In this document: one piece after another, positions 38,514 to 52,100 of the stretch | Layout: every line of letters begins with the position of its first letter | Numbering within the stretch: the stretch's first letter is position 1 | Program-made: the position numbers and the translations under genes | The notes under the pieces: model-generated | The model's input: only the letters and a program-made list of their open reading frames with translations | What the model was told of the DNA's origin: nothing | Database searches by the model: none | DNA from: Convolutriloba macropyga | Lineage: Eukaryota | Reading direction: 5' to 3' | Assembly: GCF_964194025.1 (NCBI RefSeq) | Contig: NC_134469.1 | Coordinates: forward strand, 51,460,001 to 51,524,000 | Length of the DNA stretch: 64,000 nucleotides

Positions 38514-39845
38514 TTTAGCACATCTAGAAGGGCTCAAAATAATGGATAAATAACTGGTTAAGTTTTATTCTCAATCAATTTTAGCTTAACCACGCGAACA
38601 TTATTCGGAATGACTTTCTATACAATTACTCGCGAACCACCACAAGCCATTCAAAACTAGTCATACACTTCTGAAATATAAAATACAACCTCAGCACGTT
38701 TAGAAAGGCGGAATCGGTGCAATAGTTCATCGAATTTAGTTGGACACTTCATATTATGTAGATGAGTCACATTTTGGCAAAGTAAATGAATTATTCATAA
38801 GGGAACAAAGTTATATTCAGTTCATTTCAAAGTGAATTGAGGACTCATGTGGTGAATTTCAAATTCAATCGCTTATTTTCAAATCGATTGAGACGCAGAT
38901 GTTCTCGGATAACATGTTAAGCAATTAACTTACAACAGAATCTATTTCAGTTACACACACAGAGATAGAGATGCCTTTAGGGTACCTTTTACATGTAACA
39001 TAGCAGAATCAACATGTATTTTTTCGAATTTTTGCCATTGTTTAATTTTTCACTTTATGCCTTCCATTGATCGAGAGCAAGTTTTGCACAAATATAAGGG
39101 AGAAAAGCAGCAGTGCGCCCATAGTTGAAAAAAAAGCCAAAGGAGAAACAGTACAAATTTAACTGACCTGCATTTAGCAAAAAGCAGACAAAAAATGTCT
39201 TTTGTTGTCGTTAACTTCCCGTTTTTAAGACCGAGCCATCTTAATTCAATTTAAATCTGCATGGCCAAAGCGGGAATGGTATACCCAAGCCCTTCCCAGT
39301 ACCGTTTAATTTTTACTCTACTAATAATCAATTATGGCTTTTATTCAAACCAATACTAAGCCAGAAGAGAAAACGAGTGACGAAAAAGAGGTGCAAGAAA
39401 GAACCTCATTAAAAAAATTGTGACTTATTTGTGGTGACGCAGATAAACTACGCAAACGCTGTAATCAAACAAAAACAATTCACCTTTTCATACTCAATTT
39501 CCGCCGCTAATCAAGTATGTGACAATTAGTTACACAACAGCGCAGGACACAAAGCTCTAAAATTCCTTTATTCGCCTGAATAATCGCTACGCAATATACA
39601 AAAATATGGAAATTAAAATTTCACTGCCTTTCAAAAGATAAATGCATTCATTAGTCTGAAAAAAAAGCCTTGAAACATTTGCTTTATATCAAGCAATATT
39701 TCCTTTCTATATTTCCATCTACTCTTTCTATATCTTATCTCCAATCTTTTGCTCTAGAAGACAAACGGGGATCTCTGGTACAAAGAGAGTTGAGCATTTG
39801 AGCTTCAGCAAGACAACTTTTTACAGAGTCCAATAAGAGAGAAAG
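38514..39845. promoter_or_regulatory. Divergent DCXR/Rab3 intergenic region with a probable Rab3 5'-UTR intron (~39515-39757)
   Basis: Start codons point away from each other ~1.33 kb apart; pyrimidine tract plus CTCTAG acceptor at 39757; candidate donor AA|GTATGT at 39515. Confidence 0.5.
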
Positions 39846-39961
39846 ATGTCATCAATGGTGAGCGACCAGGGAGCAAAGTCTGGGGACCAGAACTTCGACT
39901 ACATGTTCAAGCTTCTCATCATTGGCAACTCGTCAGTCGGCAAGACCAGTTTCCTATTCAG
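39846..39961 (+). CDS. Rab3: Rab3 GTPase, coding exon 1
   Basis: [38 protein letters not shown](R); donor AG|GTCAGT. Not in the ORF track. Confidence 0.96.
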
Positions 39962-40383
39962 GTCAGTCAACGTTATCGGCGCTATGAACTAATAACCAAT
40001 CAACGTAAAATATTACACGCCCATTCACTATTCTATTCCTTTAAGGCTTTAACAAGGGCAATCGACGTTATCAATCTGTCGTCAATTATTAGCATGTCAA
40101 ATTGCAGTTCAAATAATTCAGTAGAAAAAAGTACCCGCTCAGCTTAAGGTTCATATATTACGGAATCAATTTAGTTTTTCAAAATTCCAAATTATTTTTA
40201 GAAGTTCAAGCAAACCGACGATATCTTGTAGCAAAAATGCCCTCAATATAGTGCCTATCTCCTTACCAATATTTTCATCTTTTCAATCTTAATTTTTGAA
40301 CCGATATTTACGTCCACGTCACGTGTTGGAAAGCTAACAATGGATGTTAATTGAAAAACTAAAGATAATCTAATAAATATAAA

Positions 40384-40781
40384 CCAACTAATGTCGGAAG
40401 AATTGCTCTCGAACGACAAGCAATGCAATTTAATTCAGGCGCTGTAGCCTAGATAAATTTTTCTTTATGGGTGCAAAAATAGTTAACTGTGGCGGGATTC
40501 GAACAATGGACCTCCCGCACCTTCACCAGAAGCACCGCCCACTCGCATATCAGGCCCTTCTTGTAGCTATGCGGCAATCGATTTTATTTTAGCAACAAGC
40601 TTTACGTCGAAGTAAGAGCAATAGAGATCACTCAAAAATGAAGAACGAAAGCGTGAAAAAGTCACTTGAGAAGTCGAAGAATGTCCTAGAAGAAAAGCGT
40701 AAAAATGGTCAAGCAAAAAATTTGCATAAAAAAGACCAACACGTTTACAATAATTGCTACGAACTTCGTTCGAGAGCAATT
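40384..40781 (-). mobile_element. Complete ~400-bp Helentron/DINE-1-like element, family B, in Rab3 intron 1, with tRNA-like segment 40489-40557
   Basis: Perfect 16-bp inverted repeats AATTGCTCTCGAACGA (40401-40416) and TCGTTCGAGAGCAATT (40766-40781); adjacent partial inverted copy AATTGCTACGAAC; small hairpin at 40384-40397; B-box-like TGTTCGAATCCC on the - strand. Confidence 0.75.
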
Positions 40782-40894
40782 AATAAACATTGAAATAGCC
40801 AGTATAATACAACAACTTCTGGAATTTCCGTGACAGCTGATTTAGTAGCTGTTCATTACTTCCTGTGGAATGCATTTGAGCTTATATCTTTTAG

Positions 40895-41000
40895 ATACGC
40901 AGACGACTCTTTCACCTCTGCTTTCGTGTCAACTGTCGGAATAGACTTCAAAGTGAAGACTGTCTTCAGAAACGACAAAAGGGTCAAGCTACAAATATGG
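40895..41000 (+). CDS. Rab3: Rab3 coding exon 2
   Basis: TTTTAG|A; [35 protein letters not shown]; donor GTTAGT. Confidence 0.97.
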
Positions 41001-42979
41001 GTTAGTTCGTACCTTTGCATTCAAATGAAACATCCCATTCACATATACAAACTGCTCCAGTCATTTCTAATCGCCAATAATATCAAACTTACCAGAGCTT
41101 AAAATTGCACAGGAAACTATTTTTAGTAAAAAACTAGTACGCAGTTAGTAAAATAAATGGTATCAAGAGCTTATTGCATGGACACAAATCCTATCATCGA
41201 CATGCCATGTTGGCATGTATTAACACAATTAGCAATCAAGTACGATAACATACGATTCACAACAAAAATCGGCATGGAGAGTTGGCCAAAATTGTGCGAA
41301 AAAATTTTATATTCCAACCAAAGCTTTAGAGCTTAAATGTTAAAATGAAAAAAATTTAACCTCGAAAAGCATCTTTGAATCGATAGTTATCTAACCTCAT
41401 GAATATGTTACCCAACTTGTTAAAAACAGATAGTTTGTTAATTTGATATTTAACTAACTCTCTAAAACGGTCTGTTTAAAGCATCTAGTTTTTAAAAACT
41501 TGTTGCAAATATATGAATGATTCCAATCTTTCCATTCAATAACGAAGTGAAAATACTTAAAAGTTATACGATTCTGAACTCAATAATTACAATTTTTCGA
41601 GGGGCAGTTTTATTAACGGCAGTAAAAACAAATTTAAATATCCAAAACACAAGAAATGATCTTTCGACATCTACTACAAATCTTGGTCTCTAAATCGCCA
41701 AAAACAGCATGGACGCTTCTTTTCTACCAAAAGCAAATTTTAACTAACTTTCTGTAACATTCGAAAAATTAGAACAGCATGATTGGATAAGCACGCGTTT
41801 TAATAAAATTGCGAAATCAAAACGTAACAAAAGTGACAGCAAATGCCAATAAAATGTCGAAAGCTCATTTCAATTTATAAAACAATGGTTTCGAAATCAT
41901 TATGATGAAAAACTGTATATTAAACTTCCACTATTCAGAACTAAGTAGTGTTTAAAAACACATACCACCATGTAAGAATGGTGTTAAATAAAGAGCATGT
42001 CAAAATTCAAAAACTTTTTTCTATGATGTTTTTAGCGTCAGAAAATCATCAACTGCACGCTGATATATTGAAGTAACCACAAATATATAGATATATTGAA
42101 ACAATGGTTAAAATTCGGTCAACTAACTTACATTCCTTTTTTGAAAAAAAAGCATTGTATTAAGTCAGTGATCGATACGACTACCAGCAAATTTGGATCA
42201 ATTCAAACTATGCATCAATAACTAACAACCCCGTAAAAATTCATAAATCAGGCTCAAAATGTCACTTGAAAAGTGGTCAGACCAAAAGCCGATCAGACAA
42301 AAAATTGCACGAAAGACAAGAGTGACATAATCAAAAACAATTTTCTCTGAAAAACAGTGTGACAAAAAAACTGCCTATCTATTTATTGAAGCTTGCTGGT
42401 ATTCAGAAATTTGCAGCTTTATAAAATGCTGTTATTATTCTTATTTAAAGAGAAAATGAAAAGACAGCAAATAACTAGTGCGAAATTAGGAAACGGCACG
42501 ATATAAAAATTTTTTCAAAAATTATACTGAACAAAATATAGGAAGCCGAAGATTGTTAACGCCAGTTGAGCAAATTCCAAATGTCACGGCATGTTCCATA
42601 GCTTTATGTTCAACTCTATCAGTTGTTTAACTATTATTCATTTTGTCCACTATTAACATTTTTGTCAACTGCTTGATAAAATATCACGTTGAAATATCTG
42701 GTAGAAAACTATAAAAAGTAGACGTACAAAAGTTTATCGGTATTCAATATTTTAAATATATCAAAAATCATATGCAGTGTATTCTAAAAAAGCAAAATAC
42801 ACGGGGAAAACATCTTTTACCAAACACCTTAGCAAAAAACTACATTGTCTTTAAAAACGTTACACATTGTCTTTTTTTCCCTTGATAATCAGAAGTACCA
42901 TAATTTTCAAACAAAGGAATGAACAACCACATCGCACGAAAGATGACAAACTATTCTTAATTCCAATTTCATTGTTTAG

Positions 42980-43186
<207 letters not shown>

Positions 43187-43204
43187 TAAACAAATGTAAC
43201 AAAA

Positions 43205-43670
43205 AAACTGACAAAATCATTCGAATTGCTCTCTAACGACGAGCAGGCGTTGCATCTGTCTTGAGGACTAAAATCCGGTCTTACTAGCTAGAGCTAGTTG
43301 TTTCACTCCAAAGTTCATTAACATAACCGACAACCGACGAATGAATGGCTCTGAAACCACTCACAAAGTGTTGGCTTCACTAGCTTCAGCGTAAGGGGCC
43401 TATCTTTACTTGGATGGAAAGGGGTTAAAAAGTCAGAAAATGTACAGGGGAGAAGAGGGTGGTTAGCATAGTTGTGAGGTAGGATGGAGTGCGGTATAGT
43501 GGGTCGAGTTGCAGAAGGCGGGCTACACAGCCATTTCAGTGAATCGTCTGCTTAATTTGTCTCAAGGCTAAGAGAACTGCTCGCTCAGGAATTAGATGCT
43601 CAAGAAAGCCAAATGGAAAATTGAGCGCAAGGCAAATTGCATAAAAATCAACACGACAAAGTACATGTTA
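43205..43670 (-). mobile_element. Partial family B element with G-rich centre
   Basis: GAATTGCTCTCTAACGA at ~43224 and AAATTGCATAAAAA core at ~43635 resemble the 40384-40781 copy; the opposite palindrome is missing. Confidence 0.5.
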
Positions 43671-45151
43671 ATAAAACTTCTGGAAAGTCTGCGGCAGTTA
43701 GAGCTCAGAGCCTCGTGCCGGTTTGTCAGCTAAGAAAATCGAAATTAAGAAAAGTTCCCAGAACTGTGTTCTGACTTACTTTATTGGGCCATGTGACGAT
43801 ATTGAAAATTGGGCTAACTACGATACTAAAAACACAACATACCGGCAGATTGCCGGAATAGCTGCAAAATAGACTTGCGTGTCGTAAAATAGACACGAAC
43901 TTAGGCGACAAAAATTGCCGGAAAACATCCCGCCTTGACGCACATCGAGATTGAAACAGAAAAAAATTGACAGAATTTTTGTTTCAAAAAACGTTTGAAA
44001 TTGTTGTGCAGTTTTAGTTATATTCTTAAATTACACTTAATTCATCTAAGCTAAATTACGCTAATTAGGTCAGCTAACAATCCCTCTAATGAACTTCGGT
44101 AACCTAAAGCACTGATTTACCCCGTATTCACTGCATAATTTCTCCACACTTCAGTGAGTGACACAATTTAAAAGTCAGTGAGTGAGGTAAGTCACGAATC
44201 AGATGTGAAAATTGTGACATATGTTGAAAAACGTGATCAGTAGGAAATGCGGATTAAAAAAAAACATAGCAGGACCAGTCTGAATCAAAATAATTGAAGC
44301 AACTGAAGACAAAAAATCAGCCCCCCAAAAAGAACAGCATCCAAAAACAAACAAAACAAACACCAAGAAAGTAAACAAAACTCCACGAAAGTAAACAAAA
44401 CTCCAAGAAATTTCAAAAAATAAACTCATTTTATTCTAGAAAAAAGTGTTAATATTCCCAACAACGTCAACCTAAATTACAAAAGCCAATCAAATTATTA
44501 TTCATAAAACTGAAACATTATTTAAATCCAATTATGCTTATGGGAGAAGAACTAAGACCTATCATTAATTAGACAGCACGATAAAAAAAATTACAAAAAG
44601 GGTCATAATGAAAATCTTAAATAATTTTCCAAAACAAGTCGTGTCAAAGGCTAAAACCAGCAGCCCAGTATTTAAAAAACTATAAACTCCAATTATCCCA
44701 TTAAAATAAAAATGACAACTATAATTAATGAGTTTTAGTACCAGAACAACAACGATAACTAGTAAAAAGGAGGCAAATCCGAAACAGAACCAATATTTTT
44801 TGAAAGCAAGTTGTGTCAAAGTAGAGAAATCTTGGAAAAAGACTTAAAACTGATCAAAATATAACATATGAAAGAGCCTCTCAGAATTATCCACAAGGAG
44901 ACTAAATGACAGAACAAAAAAAAGAACCCAGACCAAAACCCAAAAAATTGCTAATATTTACTCGAAAACAGTTAGTGTCCATGTCGTTAAAAACATTAAT
45001 TTCAAATAAAACTAGCAAATTTATTTAAACAAGACTCAATAGAGCCAGTGAGACCTATCATTGATAATAAATAACAAACCAACAAAAAATAACTGCGAAA
45101 GCAAACAAAATCTTTTCTTTTACTTCATGAAATGAATCTGCGTCAAAATCT

Positions 45152-45629
45152 TTGAAAACAATTAGTTGCCTTTCAGCGGTTTTAAGAAATGCAACCATGT
45201 ATTATCAGAACATACGTATCGCCTTTTAAAAGTATTTGTATAAAGAAGCCAAACTGCCGCACATGAAAAAATTTCTCAAAAATGCAAATCTGTTCTAAAA
45301 CGATTCTCTGATTTTATTAAAAAAAAACACTTTGAAAAAGTCTCGCCTTTTAAATACTCGATTTTTGCACCTCTTGATACTTCAGCGTGACTAAAGACAC
45401 TTGAAAACAATTAGTTGCCTTTCAGCAGTTGTTAAGAAATGCAACTATGTATTATCAGAACTCACGTATCGCCTTTAAAAAGTATTTGTATATAGGAAAA
45501 ATTTCTCAAAAAATGCAAATCTGTTCAAAAACGATTCTCTGACTTTATTTTTGAAAAACACTTTAAAAGTCTCGCCTGTTAAATACTCAAATTCCGCTCC
45601 TCTTGATACTTCAGCATGACTGAAGACAC
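45152..45629. repeat. Tandem duplication, ~249 plus ~229 bp
   Basis: TTGAAAACAATTAGTTGCCTTTCAGC at ~45152 and ~45401; both units end CTCTTGATACTTCAGC.TGACT.AAGACAC. Confidence 0.93.
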
Positions 45630-47872
45630 TACTCCACTTTGACTTGTCAATGACAAGAAAAAAAGGTCAAAAAAGTGTGCACAGATCTTGAAAAGACAGC
45701 ACAAGAAAATAATTCAAAATATTTCGAATTGTAAAAAAGGAAGGACAAGTCCTGAATTACAATCCAAAGAATGGAAAAAACCAATTGCCTGACAATTAAC
45801 ACTTTTAAAGCAACATCAAACTAACACGACCGACAAAGCCCATGACCCTATATGCGCAAAAATTAACGAAGTCTAACAAATCATTTCAACAATTATTTTC
45901 AAAAAACCACGGAAAATAACAACACTTCATGAAAACAATCACTCTAAGCATTCATAGAGTAAGTACCCAACTCAACATCTTATGGGAAAAAAACAGAAAC
46001 ACTCAAAACTAAGCGAAAGAGAACGTCTTTGAAAGTCTGGCGTCCAAGTGAGAACCTTAGAACTACATTCTGAAGCCTTAACCATAGCATCTCAAAAAAC
46101 TTCAGAAGTCAGAAAATACCTTTTAGCAGTATTGAATAATGGACCAGAAGATAACAAATAAAAGCCAAGATTCACAAAACTATTTTAAACGCTTCGAAAA
46201 ACGATTAAAAAAGCGATGGGACCACAAAGAAAACAAACATGCAAAACGGACAAACAAGTCACAGAACTCAATTGCTAGGGACTGAACTAATTCTTTCGAT
46301 TAATTAAATCTTCATTAGCAAACGAAATGACCTTTCATTAATCAGATTAAGCGATAAAACAGCAAAAATAACCATAAATACTAGCAAGACTCAACAATTC
46401 ATTAGAAAGTTTCGAGCACAAAGTGTCAAAGTTATGAAAACCACTAGACAAGTTAGGATAACAGAAAATAGCCGCAATAGCTTCGTACACTTGCAGTCTA
46501 AAAAAAAACATTAAAGGCAGACCAAAAGAATTCGTCTTTTCATTGAAGACTGTGTTATATTTTGAGTAAACATCTGTATAAGTTTTGCTACCTCTATTAG
46601 CTGCTCTCAAATAACCTTCATTTAGAGTGACACACAATCATTTGACCTTATCTCTTTGAATTAAAGTAAATAAAAGTCAATTTCAATGTGAGGAAGTCAT
46701 TTTTGAGAGTGAGGTAAGTCAAGTGTGGCCAAAAATTTAATCACGCGAATGAACAAAAAAAAACTCGCTCCACTACGAGCAAAAATTGACGTCACGCACA
46801 CACTTCAATTGAAAAGCATGAACGAATGAACAAAAAGCAGAATTGAAATGATTGACGTCATATGGTCGTAACAAAAATCTTGACGACGAAATAAAAAACA
46901 TAGCAGGACTTAAGTAGCAGGACGAAATAAAAACATAAGTCCTGACGTACAATTCAAAGAATTTTCTTTGACTAAACAACAACTAGACTTATAACTGAAC
47001 TAAACTATAACGGACTATGACTGAACTATATTCAATTCTTGGCAGACAGCTCATGGCTAATGTTTATAATGATTTCAGTTTTATTTGTCGTCAAACATTT
47101 CAGAAAAGGCCTTTTTGAAGTTAGGTCTTTTTTGTATAGTAAATTTGACAGCCTTTATTGATTTTAATTTAAACGGATGTTTTATTCACCAAACGCCAAG
47201 AATTTTCTAAAAACTTTGTAAGTGGTCAATGTTTTTGGTTTTTTTTTGTCATTTCACTTGGTCTTTGAAGTTAAAGTTCCCATTGATATTCAAACTTGAA
47301 AGACGTGACTTATGTAAAACAAGAAACGTGATCAAAAGGTAAAGCGAATTAAAAAAACAAGGCAGAACAAGTCCTGACGTACGATTCAAAGAAATTTCAT
47401 TGACTGAACAAAAAATTAGACCTAGAATGGACTATGAGAGAACTGGAAAAACTATTTTCACAAAAAATGAGATGAAAAAATAAACATAACTGACTAACGT
47501 CGGGCGAATTGCTCTCAAACGACCGGCGAGCGGTTGGCTTTGTCAGTAGCTACCCACCGGGGGGGTGCACCGGGGGCTGATGGGGGCAACACTGGGTTGG
47601 GGGGGGGGCAACAGCGCGGTGGGGGGTGAAGGCACTAGTGGGGGTGGGGGGAATCAAAAGGGGGGCAGGGGGGTCTCAACCTCTAAGAACCGCACTTCAC
47701 ACCATAAATATAAGTATAAGTCTCCAAAAAAGTTTGAGCTGAAACAGCTGAAAGGCTCAAAGAGCACTTAATGCCCGCTGGGCGATACCTGTTTATCCCG
47801 TTTTTGAGGACGAAAAGTCAAAAGCGTCAGACGAAAAATTGGTCACGCGAAAAATCGCATTGAAAAAGACCG

Positions 47873-49170
47873 TGTAACGGCTGCTTTCCTATCAATTACA
47901 AGGAAAGTTTTATACCGCCGAGTTCGTTATTAGCGGTTTACAAGCTGTCTGGATACTAAGTTGTGCAGTTCGCTTTTGTAACTTTATATCCGCTATTCTG
48001 TAAATTACCGTTGCATTAAACGTTGCTTTATTAGTCCAAATAACTAATCGCTCAGCTTTGCTGAATAATAAAATCAATTGCTGGAACTACTCAGTAAGTT
48101 CCAATTGAATAATCAAACAATTTTTTATTTTTCTGAGTTTTGTTTAACAACTCTGTTATTCAAGTTGGTGCTATTCAAACCAAATTTGTATCCCTATAGG
48201 TTGCTCACTGTTTATGTTTATAAACGAATCTAAGGGGGTACATTCGGTTTCAGAATAGAAAACAATTCACAGAGGAGAACCCGTCTTTTGCCCTAAGCGG
48301 ACTTTAATTGTTGGTCAAAACAGAGGTCCTTCGTTAGTCACTGGGGCCGAAGCCATAGAGACGACGTAGCATCTAGGTTTTTGGTTTGGAAAACTCAAGT
48401 CTGTGAACTGAAAATCTATCTTTCACCGCCTAATACTTTCAACGAACTGATTATAAATCGTTCGTCCAGTCGAAGAAGAGGAATTATTTAACACCCTAAC
48501 GTTCAGCTATCAGAGGTTCTTTAATTTCCTTTCTCTCAAGTTACTCAAACTTTCAAGACCAAATTGATGACAAGATAAATTACAAGTTTCCCGTTAGCAA
48601 GACACAGTATTTTACTGCTCAAGTGAGATTGTTAGGCAAACTAGATTCCCTTATGAATATATATTTCCTAGTTCTTTCAAAGCCAACCTGACTTCAACTA
48701 ATAATCTGGTGCTCTGCTCAATCTAGAACTCCCGTTTTTCCACAAAAACTGAACACGGTTTTTATGATCACAACAAAGCTCAGGCATAATTATCTGCTCT
48801 TCGCAGCAATCTGCGACCGACACACACCTACTTTTATTAAGCTTTGAAGTGTGTGGAATCAGATCTATGCGGAATTTCACGAGTCTTAGTTCTTTCGCTT
48901 CACTTCTGTATAAGTGGCAGATGTGATTATTTAGAAAAGTCAAACTAACACTTCGTTGTTACCAGGTGTAAAACGCAATTTTGTCATACAATAGTTTTAG
49001 TGACCTTGTTTTGTTAAGACTTTAACTCGGTCAGCTTGTTCGCACGTTTGGTGCTCTTTTTACATGTTTACAAATGTATGAAATTTAGAAACAAAATATG
49101 TCGACATAAAATTGTTTTAATGAAATGAATGATGAATGTTTGGGGAAATAGTTAATGCTCGGCCTCTACA
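47873..49170 (-). repeat. BEL 2 3' LTR
   Basis: TGTAACGG...GGCCTCTACA on the + strand; preceded on the - strand by AGGGCCGGCGA (PPT-like). Confidence 0.96.
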
Positions 49171-52100
49171 TCGCCGGCCCTGTTTTCCATCACGAAAACA
49201 TCTTTCTTGTTTGGTAACACAGGGGCGAGCTTCACCACTGGTCTTTTGTAAACTCCATCGTTCGTTCGAACTTTAGCTGATCGAATCACTCCGTCGGACC
49301 CTTCGATGGTCTCCGTGACTCGACCCAGATTATAATATCCTCGCTTGTTACTGTCTTCGATCAACCAAACGAGATCGCCTTCTGTAAGGTTTGCGTTCGT
49401 TGTAGATCGCCACTTTTGCCGGTTGTTCAACGTTGGCAGATACTCTTTTCGAAATCTGTCCCAAATGAGATTTGCATATGCTTGAGTTTGTCGAAAGAGC
49501 TTTCGATGATCGACAAATTCTTCTGCGCAGGGTAGGTATGGTAAGCAGACATTCGTGTTGCCTAGCAAGAAGTGATTGGGGGTCAGTGCTTCTAAGTCAT
49601 TAACATCTGAACTTACTGGAGTCAACGGTCTCGTATTCAATGTTTGCTCCACAATACACATCGTTGTTGAAAGAACGTCCTCTGTAACTGATCTGTTCCC
49701 CAAGACTACATACATTGCTTTCTTGCAACTTCTGACCAACCGTTCCCATACCCCTCCAAAGTGGGGTGCTGCGGGTGGGTTGAAATTCCATCTGATTCCT
49801 TGCTGAATTAGATGTTCTTCGATCCCTTCTTTGTTCCATGCAGCAACGTACTCTGCAAACTCTCGTTCAGCTCCAACAAAGTTTGTCCCGTTGTCGCTGA
49901 TGATTGTACTCGGTTTGCCTCTTCGTGCAATAAATCGCATGATTGCATTGAGACAACTATCCGTGTCTAAATTGGGTACCACTTCTATGTGCACAGCTCT
50001 CACAGTTAGACATGTGAACAGACAACACCATCGCTTTTCTTTTCTTCGCCCAATCTTTACAGTGAAAGGGCCAAAGTAGTCAATTCCAACACTTGTAAAG
50101 GCTGTTGAAGCGTCTAAGCGCTCTTCGGGTAGATCTGCCATTACTGGAGTTATCGTTTGTGCTCTGCCCTTTCTGCAGGTAACACACTTGTTCTTGATTG
50201 ATCGTAAGGGGTTTCGTATGCCTGGGATCCATATCTTTTGCTGGACAATGTTTCTGACATGCTCTGTGCCTTCGTGTTGGTTGTTCTTGTGCTCGTTTTT
50301 CAAGAACAATTCAACTGCATGATGTTTCCAATGTAGCAATATTGGGTGTTTTGCGTTGAAGTCCAAATGACTTTTACCTATTCTGCCTTTGGCACGAATA
50401 AGTCCTTCCCCATCCAGGAAAGGTGAAAATTGTATAATTTTGCTGCTTTTTGGGACTTCCTTTTCAACTTTGAGAGATTTCATCTCTTCACCAAACTGTT
50501 CTCGCTGTAGTAACTTGAAGATGATTGCTTTTGCTTTTTCCTTCTCTTCAACACTTACTAAAGGTTTTGCTGGTTTGTATTTGCTGAATGCCCGTCGTAC
50601 GTATGCCATTGTATTCACTAGTCTGTTAAAATTACTGAATCGTTCCCACTGAATAACCGCTTTCTGTTGATCAGCCTGTGTCATGAAGACTGATGAGGGT
50701 ATGTTCTCTTCATCTGAGGCAAAGATTAGGTTCACTTGCTCTGGCCATTCTTTTTCTGGTCGTTTTAACCAGGCCGGCCCAGTGAGCCACTCACTCCTCC
50801 TGAGTTCGTCAATGTTGATTGCTCTCGTGCCAATGTCAGCTGGGTTGTTGATACCGCTCACATGTTTCCACTGTGAAACATCAGTTGTATCCAATATCTC
50901 AGCCACTCGATTGGCCACAAACACTTGTTGTTTACGATGGGAGCTGTGTATCCATTGCAGTACTGCTGTTGAGTCCGACCAAAAACTGCAACATTGTATC
51001 TTTATTTCATGTTCTTTGACTATCTGTTCCTTCAACCGTACTGCCATGACTGCCGCTTGCAATTCCAATCGCGGTATTGAAAGATGCCTCATCGGATCCA
51101 CTCTGCATTTTCCAATCACAAATGCCAAATCAGCTGAGTATTCTTTTGCTTGTGAACGTAGATAGGCCACTGCACACATCGTGTCTTCAGATGCGTCAGC
51201 AAACACATGAAGTTCTATTTTATCCCTTTCTCTGTTGAAGTACCTTCTATCGATGCTTGTTTCAGCCACCATTGGAAGTTGTTCTTTCCACCGCAGGAAT
51301 TCTGCTTCTTCGCCGGGCTCCACTTCGTTGTCCCAATGTTGCCCATTCTTAGTCCAGATACCTTTCAGGAGTCGTCTCATGTGAACACTAAACGGAGCAA
51401 ACAATCCGATCGGGTCGAATACTGAAGATACCAGTGACAGAATCTTCCTCTGGGTTATAGGGGCTTCAACTTCTTTGTTCGTACCTCTGCACACTTGAAG
51501 ACTATCATCAGCAACAGTCCATTGTAGTCCAAGCACTGAAGATCCCTCTGTATTGGGTTCCACTTCGACTTGCTTGGTGTTGCTGATTGATTTCAAGTCG
51601 ACTGGGATTGCTTTGCAAACTTCATCGCTGTTGCTTATCCACTTTATAAGTTGAAATCCATGCTGCAAAAGAAGAATTCGCAACTGATTGAAGACTTCGA
51701 TTGCCTCTTCAGTGGTTTCTACTGATTTGATGAAATCGTCCATGTAGAAGTTGTATTGTACTGCTTTTGCTGCAATTGGATACATTTCTTCGTTATCGAG
51801 TCCCACTCGTTTGAGAGCATAGTTTGCACAAGTCGGAGAACTCTTAGCTCCAAATACATGACGCTGATATTCGTATATCTGAACAGGTTCATTAGTCCTT
51901 GAGCGCCATAAGAATCTCAAGCAACTTCTATCCTGTGCAGGAACTTGCACTTGTAGAAACATCGATTCAATGTCAGCTGTTAGGGCTATTGGTCCTTCAC
52001 GGAATCTGAATATTGTTCCAATCAACCCATGTAGCAGATCAGGTCCTGCTAGTAGTTTGTCGTTTAGGCGTAATTCTTTGTATTTTGAGGCAGCATTGCA

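Noticed and set aside
38514-38537. N-terminal extension MSPSRCAK of DCXR in the ORF track
   Set aside because: It starts at TTG; the first ATG at 38513 gives a length typical of the family.
47565-47771. Gly-rich 68-aa ORF
   Set aside because: It is the translation of the G-run tract, with a GTG start and no splice or homology support.
48698-48943. 81/82-aa ORF present twice (also 55879-56127) as an accessory gene
   Set aside because: It is duplicated only because it lies in the LTRs; it has a non-ATG start and no recognisable motif.
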